Shown here one piece after another: positions 52,596 through 64,000 of a DNA stretch of 64,000 nucleotides. A program made the translations under genes and the position numbers. The notes beneath the pieces are model-generated. The model was given only the letters and a program-made list of their open reading frames with translations, was not told where the DNA came from and did not search any database. The stretch lies in NCBI GenBank assembly GCA_963728565.1, contig CAVSLC010000019.1:128001-192000 (forward strand), read 5' to 3'. This stretch comes from an uncultured delta proteobacterium (GTDB lineage: Bacteria; Desulfobacterota; Binatia; UBA9968). Position 1 is the first letter of the stretch, and each line of letters opens with the position of its first letter.

Positions 52596-53796
52596 ATGGG
52601 GGATTTCCTGCGCTCGAACCCGCTGACAAGATTTATCCTGCTCTATGCCGCAATGTATGCCGCGTTCGGCGTGGCTTCTCCCTTCCTGCCTTCTTTCTTG
52701 AGCGCGCGAGGCTTGCCGCCCGAGCAGCTTGGTCTCGTGCTCGGCGCCGGCACCGCCGTCCGGTTGCTCACGGCGCCCCTGGCGGGCCGGATCGGTGATC
52801 TAATCCAGGCTCTCCGCGTGGTGCTTGTCGTATGCACCGCGCTGGCCGCCTCAGCGACGTTGGGCTATCTCGCGGCCCATGAAATATGGATTCTGCTTGG
52901 GGTAGGCTTGCTGCATGCCGCATCGCTAGCGCCGATTACTATTTTGGCAGACGCACTGGCGGTAGGATCTGCCACTCCGCCAGCGCATACTACGGCGCCG
53001 GGGATTCGAATATGGATGGGTCCGGGGCACCGGCTCGGCTGCCTTCATCATCGGCACCTTGCTTTCCGGGCAGGCGGTCAGCGTATTTGGTCTCGACATC
53101 ATTATCCGGCTCCAGGCCTTGCTACTCGGCATGGCAGCTTGCGCCGGGATTCTGGTGCCGGAACTGATTCACCCTCGCACAGCCGATGTCGTGCGGTCAC
53201 CGGCGGGCGGTGTTCGTGTTCTGCTCCGGATTGCGCAGTTTCGGAATCTTGTCATCGTAGCAGCGATGATCCTCGGCAGCCACGCCATGCACGATGCATT
53301 TGCCGTGATCCGCTGGAGTGCCGCTGGCATCAGCCCGGCTACCGCAAGCTTACTCTGGTCAGAGTCGGTGGCGGCAGAGGTGTTCGTGTTCTTCGTTGTT
53401 GGCCCAGGGCTGGTCAACCGGCTGACCCCCGCCGGCGCGCTGGCCACAGCCGCACTGGCTGGCATGCTGCGTTGGGCAGTGGCGGCGCAGACGACCGATG
53501 TGATTGCGCTTGGATTAGTACAGCCGCTGCACGGCATCACTTTCGCGCTGCTGCATCTCGCTTGCATGCGTCTAATTTCCCGCATCGTGCCGCAAGGTCT
53601 CGAGGGTACGGCGCAGGCGATCTACGGTACCGTCGGCATCGGCGCGGCCACGGCGTTGCTCACCTTCGTGTCCGGCGCGCTGTACGAGCGCCTGGGCGCG
53701 CAAGGCTTTTGGGTTATGGCGGCGCTGTGCGCGCTTGCGTTGCCGGTGACCTGGAAGCTCAGAGAACCAGTGCTCGGCGAAAGTCGCACTCGATAA
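52596..53796 (+). CDS. MFS transporter (HcaT/MFS_1_like); frameshift near 52990
   Basis: PFLPSFL..RGL, YGWVRGTGSAAFI in the shifted frame, GSHAMHDAFAVIRW, SVAAEV, QPLHGITF. Confidence 0.88.
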
Positions 53797-54067
53797 CCGC
53801 CTTAAACACTCAACATTCGCATTGTCACTGAACTTTGCGCGGCTCCGATGCCGGGTTACCTGCACTGCATCTACCTACGAAATTCCGCTGGTCGCGTTAT
53901 CGTTCTGCTCAGCCCACGTAAGCTTGAAGCCAGCGGCTTTTTGGCCGAGGCCGGAAGAAATTGATGATACAGATATCAAGTGTGGCACTGAACGTCGCGA
54001 TCGAATAAAAGCTGACATGTTCCAGGGGTACGCATTTCGTAGACTGCTAAATCGAGAAGGAGAATTT

Positions 54068-55069
54068 ATGTTGAACCTAAAGATGATCGTGACGCTATTG
54101 ATCGCTGCCGGTCATTGTCTGATAGCGCCAAGGCTCGACGCGGCCGATGCGGCGCTTAAGAAGCTCCGGATCGGCTATCCATCGCATAGCGCCAGCATGT
54201 ATCCGATCTATGTTACCAAGGAAGCTAAGCTGTTGGAAAAGCATGGGCTAGACGGTGAGTCTGATTTACGTTCAAGGGGTGCAGATGGTGCAAGTCCATG
54301 TTGCCGGGCAATTGGATGTGACGACGACATCCGGCTTGGTTACCTTGCAATCGTCGGTTTCGGGAGCGGATCTGATATTGCTGGCAAATTCTATTGACAT
54401 GCATCTAATGAAGCTCACCGCACATCCCGGCATCAACGCCCTGCAGACCTCAAGGGTAAATCTATTGCCGTGACACGCTTCGGCTCTTTGACCGACCTGA
54501 TCGTGCGCCCGCTGTTGGTGAGCTGGGGATTGGATCCGAAAAAGGACGTGACACTTTTGCAGATCGGCAGCCAGCGCGATATTGCCGCGGCGATAGCGCT
54601 CAAGAAAGTTGACGCCGGCGTGCTTTCCTTTCCCACGTCTTACTACGCCGAGAGAACCGGTCTCAAGACGCTCTACGACTTTACTGAATCAGGCAGCGAA
54701 ATACCGACGACTACTGTGGCAATCAGCCGAGAATATGGCAGAAAGAACCGGGACTCGGTACTGAGATTTTTACGAGCCTACCTCGAGGGACACAAGAAAT
54801 TACTCACCGATCGCGCCTTAAGCATACGCGCTCTCCGGCAATACGGCGGCATCGCCGATGAGGAAACTCTGGCTTACACTTACGATCTTTTCAGCACGAG
54901 AATCGTGCGCAAAATCCCGACGATCACCATGCAGAGCGTCGACAATGCGCTGAAATTACTCGCTGAGACCATGCCTAAAGCAAAAGAACGCAAAGCCAGC
55001 GAATTCATCGATTCCAGTTACATGGAAGAGCTGGAGCGCACGGGTTTCATCAAGTCCCTATGGCCGTGA
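54068..55069 (+). CDS. ABC substrate-binding protein, NMT1/SsuA-like; two frameshifts
   Basis: AAGGAG SD, signal peptide, KLRIGYP, TRFGSLTD, DVTLLQIG, ELERTGFI. Confidence 0.88.
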
Positions 55070-56157
55070 CGGATTGGCGGTTCCGCATTCTAAGTTGATT
55101 TTTTCGCCGCCCGTCCGCCTCTGTTGTCGCGCCTCCGGGCAGAGGCACCTAACTCTTCTCCGGACAATGGAGGCTGCGCAAACATTCTTCCCTGTGCACG
55201 TTCTAGTTGGTTGCTGTTACGACGTTACGGTTCGCGGCCGGCGGATAGAGAAAATCATGAATTTCCTCTCCTGATGGGCCGACCAGATGAACGGTGTCAG
55301 GCGTATTGTCTGGTTCCATCGGCGGTTCGCTTGTTTTGATATTTCTATCTTTGGCTTCAACGACTGGTTTATCGGTTTTGCCCCTCGTCAGCGTATAGCT
55401 GCGGGAATTCGCTAGCAGCAGAGCTAGAAAACCCGCTGCAAACCAATAGAGTGCGGCGCATTTGGTTGTATTTTGTTTTCATTTTCTCCACATTCCCGAA
55501 TGCGATAGAAGTAATCCCCACGAGAGGGATTCCATTCATGCTAGAGAGCTAAGCGCAATTTCAGTACCAGGAACTCGGAACAGAGGTATCCCAATAGGGA
55601 TGCTCGAAAAGACACGACTCCATCAATAATGAATTCCCGAAGATGCGTGGGTCTAAAATTGAGTTGACGGCACTGTCTACTCAGTTCACGCAGAAATGAT
55701 GCTATTGGAACTGAAACCCGGATTCTCCAGTAGAGTTGGATACATGTGTATCGACCAAGCGGCGCGCCTGAAGGAGCGAAGGCATGGAAGCGAACAATTT
55801 CAAATGCCTTTTATGGCTCTTGTCTCAGGGCTGGGAATTTTTCTCCGGGAGTCCGCGGCCATCGGAGATTGCATCCGCTGCAGGCGGCTGGCCAATTGCC
55901 TTGGATCAGGAGGGCTTGCCGCTGGATCAAGGTGTCAGTTTGAATTGCGAAATCCAGCTGTAAGGCATGATTGGCGAGTTCAACGGATAGTTACTGCTTA
56001 GCCATCCGAGTCACTTGCTCGGGTCGTTCATACAACGCCGCGGTTGGTCCGGTAAGAGATTCCGCCGTTTTTCCCACGGGTGATCTACCAGGCCGGCTGT
56101 GCTAAGTTATTTTGTTTCTCGAGCAAGCTTTAGCTACAGGAGAACCTAGGTCGTCGA

Positions 56158-59100
56158 ATGCCTGAAAAAACCTCCGTTCGAGATACTGATGCTGGTTCTA
56201 CTGTCACTGCGGTTCAGTCCGGTTCGGCAGCGGTTCGTTTGCGCGAGGCGCGCCGTTTCCTGGACCAGTTCGAACCGGGCGCAGAGGTGCTTCTCCTCGG
56301 CGCATCCCGCGGTTCGGTCGACGATCTCGCGCGCGCGATTACGAACGAAAGAGGGGCGACATTTGGACTGCATCGACTCTCGTTCACGCAGCTCGCGGCC
56401 CGGCTGGCTGCCCTAGAACTTGCTTCTCGCGAGCGGGCTCCCACGACTGCTCTGGGGCACGAAGCGGTTGCGACCCGGGCGGCGTTCGAGGCCGGCACCG
56501 ACGACGCGTTGGAATATTTCTCGCCCGTCTCCCAGACGCCGGGTTTTCCCAAGGCGCTGGCGCGTACCTTACTCGACTTAAGACTTGCTTCTGTAGACGG
56601 CGGTGATCTGGTCCGGCTGCCACGCAGCGGAACTGATTTAGCCGCCTTGCTGGATCGAGTCGAAGACCTTCTGAACGAGGCTGGGGCCAGCGACCGGGCC
56701 GCATTGTTCGAGATCGCGACCATGGCGTTGGGCTCGCCTGTGATTGGCTGGCCGCCGATGCCGCTGCTGCTGCTCGATGTTCCGTTCCAATCTGAAATCG
56801 AAGCTCGGTTTCTCTGGGCTCTAATCCAGCAATCGCCACGCGTGATTGATTACCGTCCCGATGGGGGACGCGTCTGCCGTCACTCAACTGGAGAAACGCG
56901 GCGCCCGGCTCCAGAACATGGAGGAAGCCGGGGAGACCGATCTGACCCAGCTTGCGCGTTATCTTTTTTCCAAAGATCCACCGCCAGAGCGAGCCCGTTC
57001 CGGTGAACTGGTGTGGTTTTCCGCGCCCGGCGAAGGGCGCGAATGTGTGGAGATTGCGCGCCGTATTCTGAAAGAAGCCGATCGCGGTGTACGCTTCGAT
57101 GAAATGGCAATCGTCATCCGCCCGGCGCAGCACTACATCGGACTACTGGAGCATGCTCTCACCCGGGCCGGGATTCCCGCGTATTTCGAGCGTGGCACGC
57201 GACGTCCCGATCCCGCAGGGCGGGCCTTACTGGCGATTCTCAGTTGTGCAACCGAAAATTTCTCAGCCAAACGCTTTGCCGAGTATCTTTCGTTGGCTCA
57301 AGTGCCATCCCTGGACGATTTCGGCAAGGTTCCGGTGCGATCCGGTGATTCGACGTGGGTGGCCTCTCGCGATGACGTCTTCGGAATCCTCTCCGAAGCT
57401 GCATTCGATCAAGCCGATCATGGCGACATCGAAGACGATGAAGACTCGCTGACGGCCGGCAGCTGCAATGACGATCACGCCGTTATGGCCGGAACGCTCA
57501 GAGCGCCTTGGAAGTGGGAAAGTCTCCTCGTTGAATCGGCTGTTATCGGTGGCAGTGACCGCTGGGCGCGGCGGCTAAACGGCTTGGCTGCGGAATACGA
57601 AGTGAAAATTCGCGAGCTAACATCCGAGCAGCCAGACTCACCCCGTATTGCTCACCTGGAGCGCGAGCGGCAGAACCTTGCGCATCTGCGGAACTTTGCC
57701 CTGCCGCTCATCGAAACCATGTCTGCCTGGCCGCAACAGGCCGCGTGGGGCGATTGGATCAAGCGCCTTGAAGAGTTTGCGCCGCAGGTGTTGCGGCGCG
57801 CCGAGTTCGTGTTGCGCGTGTTAGCCGATCTGCGACCGATGGCTGCAGTGGGTCCGGTGACCCTGGCCGAGGTGCGCGCGGTGCTGGCCGATCGCCTGGC
57901 AACGCTGGAACTGGAACCGCCCCTGCATCGTTACGGCCGGGTATTCGTCTGCAGCGCCGATCAGGCGCGCGGCCGCGCCTTTCGAGTGGCGTTTGTGCCG
58001 GGATTGGCCGAGCGGCTTTTTCCCCAAAAGCTGCATGAAGATCCACTATTGCTGGATGATCTTCGACGTGAAATCGGCATCGCGCTAGCTCTGCAAGAGG
58101 ATCGCGCCGAGCATGAGCGGCTCTTGCTGCGCCTGGCCGTCGGTGCCGCGGCTGAACGCTTGTATGTCTCGTTCCCGCGCATCGAAACCGTCGACGCTCG
58201 CGCGCGGGTGCCGTCGTTTTACGCGCTCGAAGTTATGCGCGCCGTGACCGGACGCATCCCGGACCATCAGACGCTCGAATCTGAAGCTTCAGAAGAGGCC
58301 AACGCGAGCCTCGGATGGCCGGCGCCGCAGCGCCCGGAAGACGCCATTGACGATTTCGAGCATGATCTCTCGGTGCTGCGCCTATTGATGCGCAGCGAAA
58401 AGGATGTGAAAGGTCATGCCCATTACATGCTCCGCCTCAACGACTGCGTTCGGCGCTCGGCCAGCGAGCGTTGGGCGCGCGCACGGCAGCCATGGTCCTC
58501 CTATGATGGTCTCGTCCGGGTCACGGACGCCACCAAGCCGTTTCTCCAGTCGCAACGGTTGACAGCGCGCCCGTACTCCGTCTCTGCGCTGCAGAATTAC
58601 GCGTACTGTCCTTATCGATTCCTGTTATCGGCGATGTACCGCTTCGAACCACTCGAGGAGCCTGAGCCGCTCGAGCGCATGGATCCGCTCACGAAGGGGA
58701 GCTTGTTTCACGAGGTGCTGGCTGAATTCTTTCGCGCCTTACAGCAGCGGCAAATGGCAATGGCAACGACCTCGATGGATGCGGTGCTCGAACTCCTGGA
58801 CGCGACTCTCACACGGGTTGCGGCAAACTATGCAGAGCGGCTCGCGCCGGCGGTGGACCGCGTATGGCAGGACGAGATTGCAAGCATCCGCACCGATCTG
58901 CATATCTGGGCCCGCGATCTCGCTCACAACACCGGCTGGGAGCCGTGGCTATTCGAATTTGGCTTCGGCCTGCCTGATTCGCCCGAGCGTGATCCAAATA
59001 GCCGGCGTGAGCCGGTTATAATTGACGGGCGATTTATCCTGCGCGGGGCGATTGATTTGATCGAACGAAAGCCGGAGACGAATCTTCTTAGAGTAACCGA

Positions 59101-59482
59101 TCACAAGACATCGAAGAACCGGTCCGAGCGCGGTTCAATCATCGGCCAAGGACGGCAACTTCAGCCGGTGATCTATAGCCTCGCGGTTGAGGCGGCAACC
59201 GGTTTTACCGTGGAAAGCGCGCGCTTCTCATACTGCACGACTGCGGGCGGATTTACTGAACATAGTGTTGCCATCAATGAGCGGACTCGCAGGATGGGCA
59301 TCGAAGCGCTGGAGATCATCGACCGAGCCGTCGAGCTTGGCATGCTGCCGCCGGCGCCGGCCGAGAAGGCATGCGCCTATTGCGACTTCTTATCCGTATG
59401 CGGTCCGAACCAGGAGCGCCGCTCGCGCCGAAAATCGCGCAAGGAGATCGCCGATCTGATCGAGCTGAGGGGACGACAATGA
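56158..59482 (+). CDS. addB: AddB/RexB-like subunit (inactive helicase + PD-(D/E)XK nuclease with Fe-S cysteines); frameshift near 56845
   Basis: APGEGRECVEIARRI, VPGLAERLFP, CPYRF, GAIDLIE..TDHKT, QPVIY, CAYCDFLSVC. No Walker A. Overlaps the addA start. Confidence 0.85.
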
Positions 59483-62400
59483 CGCTGCCGGGTCTCGCTG
59501 ATCAAGCCGATCGTGATCAGATTGCTACAGCGTTGGACGATACCCTGATCGTCGAGGCCGCCGCCGGCACCGGCAAAACCACCGAGCTGGTGCGGCGCAT
59601 TGTGCGCGTCATCGAAACAGGCCGCGCCGAAATGACCGGGATCGTCGCCGTTACTTTCACGGAAAAGGCCGCCGGCGAGCTCAAGCTGCGCCTGCGCGAA
59701 GCGCTCGAAGAGGCAAGAGGAGGATCCGCCAACGATTCCGCAGAGCGCCGCCGGCTCGACGCGGCGGTCGGCAGGCTCGAGGAAGCGCAAATCAGCACTA
59801 TTCACGGATTCTGCGCCGATCTTTTGAGAGAGCGTCCGATCGAAGCGCGGATCGATCCGTTATTTAGAGTACTCACCGAGGCCCAGGCGGCGAGCATGTA
59901 TGATGAAGGATTTCACCGCTGGATCGAGACTCAGCTCGCAAATCCATCGGAAGGTGTCAAGCGCTCGCTGCGCCGCGCGGTGTTCGGCGGTTTCGGGATT
60001 CAGACCGACGGTGGTGACGGTCCCATCGAGAGGCTGCGGCGCGCAGGCTGGGAGCTAATCCAATGGCGTGATTTCGAGGGCGACTGGCAGCGACCGAGTT
60101 TGGACCGCTTGTCTCGCATCGACGGGCTGGTTCAGCTCTTAGATGGGTTCAGCGAATTGCTCGAACCCCCCGGTGATGCCCGAGACTCACTGTACGCCGA
60201 CACTTGGGCGGCGAGGAAACTCGCAGAAGAGATCCGGCGAACCGAATCGGTGGCGCCGCGGGATTACGACCGGCTCGAAGCCGGCCTTATCGAGCTTAGC
60301 CGGAATCGTAACTTTAAGGATGCGCGAAAAGGGAGCGGTAAAAGCTATCGCACCGGAGTCCTGCGCGAGAATGTTTGCCGGGCGCTTGAAAACCTGTATC
60401 AAGCTCTGACCGAGTTCAAAGATGACGCCGATGCCGATCTTGCCGCGGCACTGCGCGACGAACTGCGTGGCTGCGTTGGCGCCTATGAAGCCGCAAAAGC
60501 CAAGGCGGGCGCCCTGGATTTTCTCGATCTCCTGCTCAAGGCGCGAGATCTCATCCGGGATACCGCGGAGGTGCGTTCCACCTTTCAATTGCGCTTCAAG
60601 CGCATCTTTGTGGATGAGTTCCAGGATACCGATCCGCTGCAGGCTGAGATCCTTTTGCTTCTGGCTGCCGATGATCCGGCTGCGACCCACTGGCGTCTAA
60701 CTCACCCGGTTTCCGGCAAGCTCTTTCTAGTCGGTGACCCGAAACAGTCGATCTATCGCTTCCGCCGCGCCGATGTCGGGATTTATCGCAGCGTGTACGA
60801 GATGCTTCAGGCGGCGGGCGCCAGAAGGGTAACGTTGCGGACCAGTTTTCGCGCACGTCCAAATATGCAGCGTGCCATCAACGCCGCCTTCGAGCCGGTG
60901 ATGACCGGCGATGGCGACGTGCTGCAGCCGGCTTATGTGCCGCTCGAGCCGTTTCGTCCGGAATCCCAGGAACAGCCGTCCATGGTCGTGCTTCCCGTGC
61001 CTGAGCCGTACGGCTATCGGAGACTTTCCAATGCCGCGATCGAGAAGTCGCTTCCGGATGCGGTTGGCGGTTTTATCGACTGGCTGATTAACGACAGCGG
61101 CTGGAAAGTCGCCGAACGGCCGACCACGGCGAAATCGTCTCTGGCGCCAACTACGGCGCGGGGTTTTCGGCCGGGCGAAACCGAGCATCTCGTGCGGATC
61201 CAGCCGCGCCATATCTGCCTGCTGTTTCGCCGCTTCACCAGCTTTGGCGAGGACATGACGCGCCCTTACGTGGAAGCTCTCGAAGCGCGCGGGATTGCCC
61301 ATCTGTTGGTCGGCGGCCGCTCGTTTCACAATCGCGCGGAGATCGAGACGTTGCGCGCCGCGCTGGCCGCCATCGAGTGGCCTGAAGATGAGTTATCGGT
61401 ATTTGCAACTTTGCGCGGTTCGCTGTTTGCGATCAGCGACGAGGAACTGCTGGAATACCGCCATCGCATCGGCCGTCTCCATCCATTTCGCATCCCGACC
61501 GAGTTTCCGGCAAATCTTGCCGTTATCGTCGAGGGTCTCAAATTGTTGCAAGCGCTCCACCGCCATCGCAATCGGGTATCAGTGGCGACAACGATTGCCT
61601 CGCTGCTCGAGGCTACACGGGCGCATGTCGGCTTTGCGCTGGAGCACGGCGGTGAACAGGTGCTTGCGAATGTTGCGCACGTCATCGACTTGGCGCGCCG
61701 CTACGAGACCGAAGGCGGCATCTCATTTCGCGGCTTCATCGAGGCGCTACGCGAGCAGGCCGAAAGCGGCGAGGCCGGGGAAGCTCCGATTCTCGAGGAA
61801 GGCAGCGACGGCGTGCGGTTGATGACGGTGCATAAAGCCAAAGGGCTGGAATTCCCGGTGGTGATCCTCGCCGACATGACTGCGAAGCTGCGCCCGTCCG
61901 TCGCTAGCCGGTATCTCGATTCCGAGCGCAACGTGTGCGCGATCAGACTCGGCGGATGCGCGCCGGCCGATTTGCTCGATCACGAAGACGAAGAATTGCT
62001 GCGCGATGAGGCCGAGGGTATCCGCGTGGCGTACGTAGCGGCAACTCGCGCGCGCGATCTTCTGGTGATTCCGGCCGTTGGCGATGAGGAGAGAGAAGGC
62101 TGGATCCAGCCGCTCAACACAGCGGTTTATCCTGCGAAGGAGGCGCGTCGTCAGCAGGTTCAAGCGCCCGGATGTGTGGAGTTCCAATCCAAAGATTCCG
62201 TATGGGTCCGGCCCGGCGGCAGCGCGGCCAGCGCGAGCACGGTGTGTCCTGGCCTGCACGTTTGTAGGGGAAGAGGCCCTTCACAGATAAGCGAGTTTTC
62301 GGTGGTCTGGTGGGATCCACGCACGCTGAAGCTTGGCGCTGAGGCGCCGCTCGGTCTTCGCCGGCCGGAGCTGATCGTAAGAGACGTCGCGCCCGCGATT

Positions 62401-63050
62401 GTCGATTCAGGTCTTGCCGCTTACAATTCTTGGCGCGAGCGACACCAGCAAGCCATTGCCGCCGGCAGTCATAGCTCGGTGGCACCGAGGACTGTCACCC
62501 AGGCGGCGAAGAGCGGCGACGAATCAGCGCCCGACTTGAAGCTCGCGGCGTGTAGAAATTGTCGAGCTGCCGCGCGCCAGCCAACCGGCCGTCGGGACGA
62601 CGTTTCGGCACCCTGGTACACGCCGTTCTTGCGAGCGTCCCGCTCGATGGCGATCTGAACATCATCCAACGTCTCGCAACCATTCACGGCCGCATCCTGG
62701 GTGCACCTCAGGACGAAGTCGATGCTGCCAGTGAGAGTGTGCGGGTTGCGCTGGCGCATCGAGTCTTCGAGCATGCGCGCCAAGCTGCTCAACAAGGCCG
62801 TTGTCGCCGTGAAGTGCCGATCGCTTGGCGCGATCCTGACGGCTTGCTCATTGAAGGTGTAATCGATCTTGCCTTTGAGCATGCCGGCGGCTGGACAGTG
62901 ATCGATTATAAGACTGACGAAGAGTTTCGTGGGGATGAACCCGCCTATCGGCGGCAAGTGGGAATGTACGCAGCCGCGATCAACGCGGCCAATGGTGCGC
63001 CAGTTGCGGCGCTTGCTAATGCGAGTGTAACAAATGCCAAGCCAATGTAG
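59479..63050 (+). CDS. addA: AddA/RexA-like UvrD helicase-nuclease; frameshift near 62550, true stop possibly 63030
   Basis: EAAAGTGKT, FTEKAA, VDEFQD, VGDPKQSIYRFR, MTVHKAKGLEF, YVAATRAR, GVIDLAF..IDYKTD. Confidence 0.9.
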
Positions 63051-63160
63051 TGCAGGCAAGATTCAAATCAACTGGCTGAGATGGCGGTAGGCTGCGAGAT
63101 TGATGTAGATTTTTTTCCACGTCGCCGTCCTTGATGTTTTCCCGAGTAGCAAGCTGACTA

Positions 63161-63736
63161 CTAATGCGGTGACCGGGTCCAAGTTGTGCCATTCTGCCAT
63201 TCGATCCGGTCGCGCTTGACATCGCCTCTCAATCCGCCTTCCCAATCGAGAGCGCGAATATCGCCATCACGAACTGTTTGTATTCGGCTCGTCTGACCGC
63301 GTTCGTTTCTCGCTTGAAGACCGTCCCGCGAAGACACAATTTCGACTCGTTTGTCATGGGCGCCATTTAAATACCAGGTTCCGGTCAAATTCCGTCGATG
63401 AGACGGCGCGCGCGTCCACGTTGACCCATTCGCCCATTCGATAGTATCCCGTCTGATATGCCCGCGCAGTCCACCTTCCCAATCCAAAGCCCGGACATTG
63501 TTGCCGCGCGTTTCCAATCGACTTGTTGCGCCATGTTCGTTTCTAGCTTGAAGGCCCCGGCGCGAGGTGCGGATCTCCACAGGCTTATCGCGCTCGCCGT
63601 TTGAGTACCATTTGCCGAGAAGGTTTGCCTCACGCCTGTCGGGTCCACCTCTTTCGTACGGCTGTGCAGAAACCAGAACGGGAGCGGCGAGAAGAGCTGT
63701 GAGCAGACCGGCATAGAGTAATTTCAAGTGTCTCAT
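63161..63736 (-). CDS. Secreted hypothetical protein with two ~75-aa internal repeats
   Basis: AGGAGG SD and signal peptide. The unit G.WY.NG..DK.VEI..SR.GLQARNE.G.TSR...RALDWEGGLRG...RD.IEW.NG.TWTR occurs twice. Confidence 0.85.
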   Translation of the reverse strand: MRHLKLLYAGLLTALLAAPVLVSAQPYERGGPDRREANLLGKWYSNGERDKPVEIRTSRRGLQARNEHGATSRLETRGNNVRALDWEGGLRGHIRRDTIEWANGSTWTRAPSHRRNLTGTWYLNGAHDKRVEIVSSRDGLQARNERGQTSRIQTVRDGDIRALDWEGGLRGDVKRDRIEWQNGTTWTRSPH

Positions 63737-64000
63737 CTAGACCTCCTTCAGAGATAAAGCCGCATACTCTGACTATTCTCTAGAAAACATTCGGCCAAGT
63801 TTGGTTCTGCACGGCGACGTCCGTCATACGGATAATGGCGGATTGGTTGGTGATCCGAACAATAGTTTTGGGGTTGAAATCGTGCTCATTTACGCTCCGC
63901 GCCGATTTGGCTTGGTAACTCCGATGAGCGGTGAGCCGGATGAATGACGGAGCGGTGGATTACGTGTGCCGTACCGAAGTCAACAGCAGTTCCACCCAGG

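Noticed and set aside
55120-55390. c-di-GMP-I riboswitch-like words on the minus strand (GCACAGGG..GCCTCC; GGGGCAAAACC)
   Set aside because: The GNRA-capped stem and GACGCAAA element are absent, and there is no downstream gene on that strand.

Overview
This is a bacterial chromosomal window of moderately high GC. Gene content suggests a Ca. Binatia-like / deltaproteobacterial soil genome, which is inference only. The assembly is error-prone, with single-base frameshifts even in trpS, mutS, glnD and xerD. In order, it holds: a glgX-treY-treZ-malQ glycogen/trehalose operon; a Mo-bisPGD oxidoreductase; a putative leader-peptide / small-membrane-protein / CorC(CNNM) module; a ComEC-type MBL hydrolase; DUF72; a core run MerR-mutS-amiC-glnD-xerD-M50-trpS-scpAB-rluB; two small cargo islets (beta-helix protein; cupin+VapBC), each bracketed by a duplicated 3' end of the neighbouring housekeeping gene; a histidine phosphatase; moeB; an oppABC locus split by a BCCP / biotin carboxylase / PycB-like cassette; a catabolic operon (M19, Xdh large subunit, M20, SBP, LLM, SBP); yqhA; MFS; addBA; and a secreted two-repeat protein. 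The two most interesting signals are (1) a family of apparently leaderless signal-anchor uORFs, where one copy is followed by an anti-SD that can sequester the RBS of an unannotated 34-aa membrane peptide (an arrest-peptide-like architecture) and a decayed paralog precedes corC, and (2) mirror-image '3'-end replacement' integration scars at rluB and the phosphatase, with no element-borne integrase. No rRNA, tRNA, CRISPR array or transposase was recognised.
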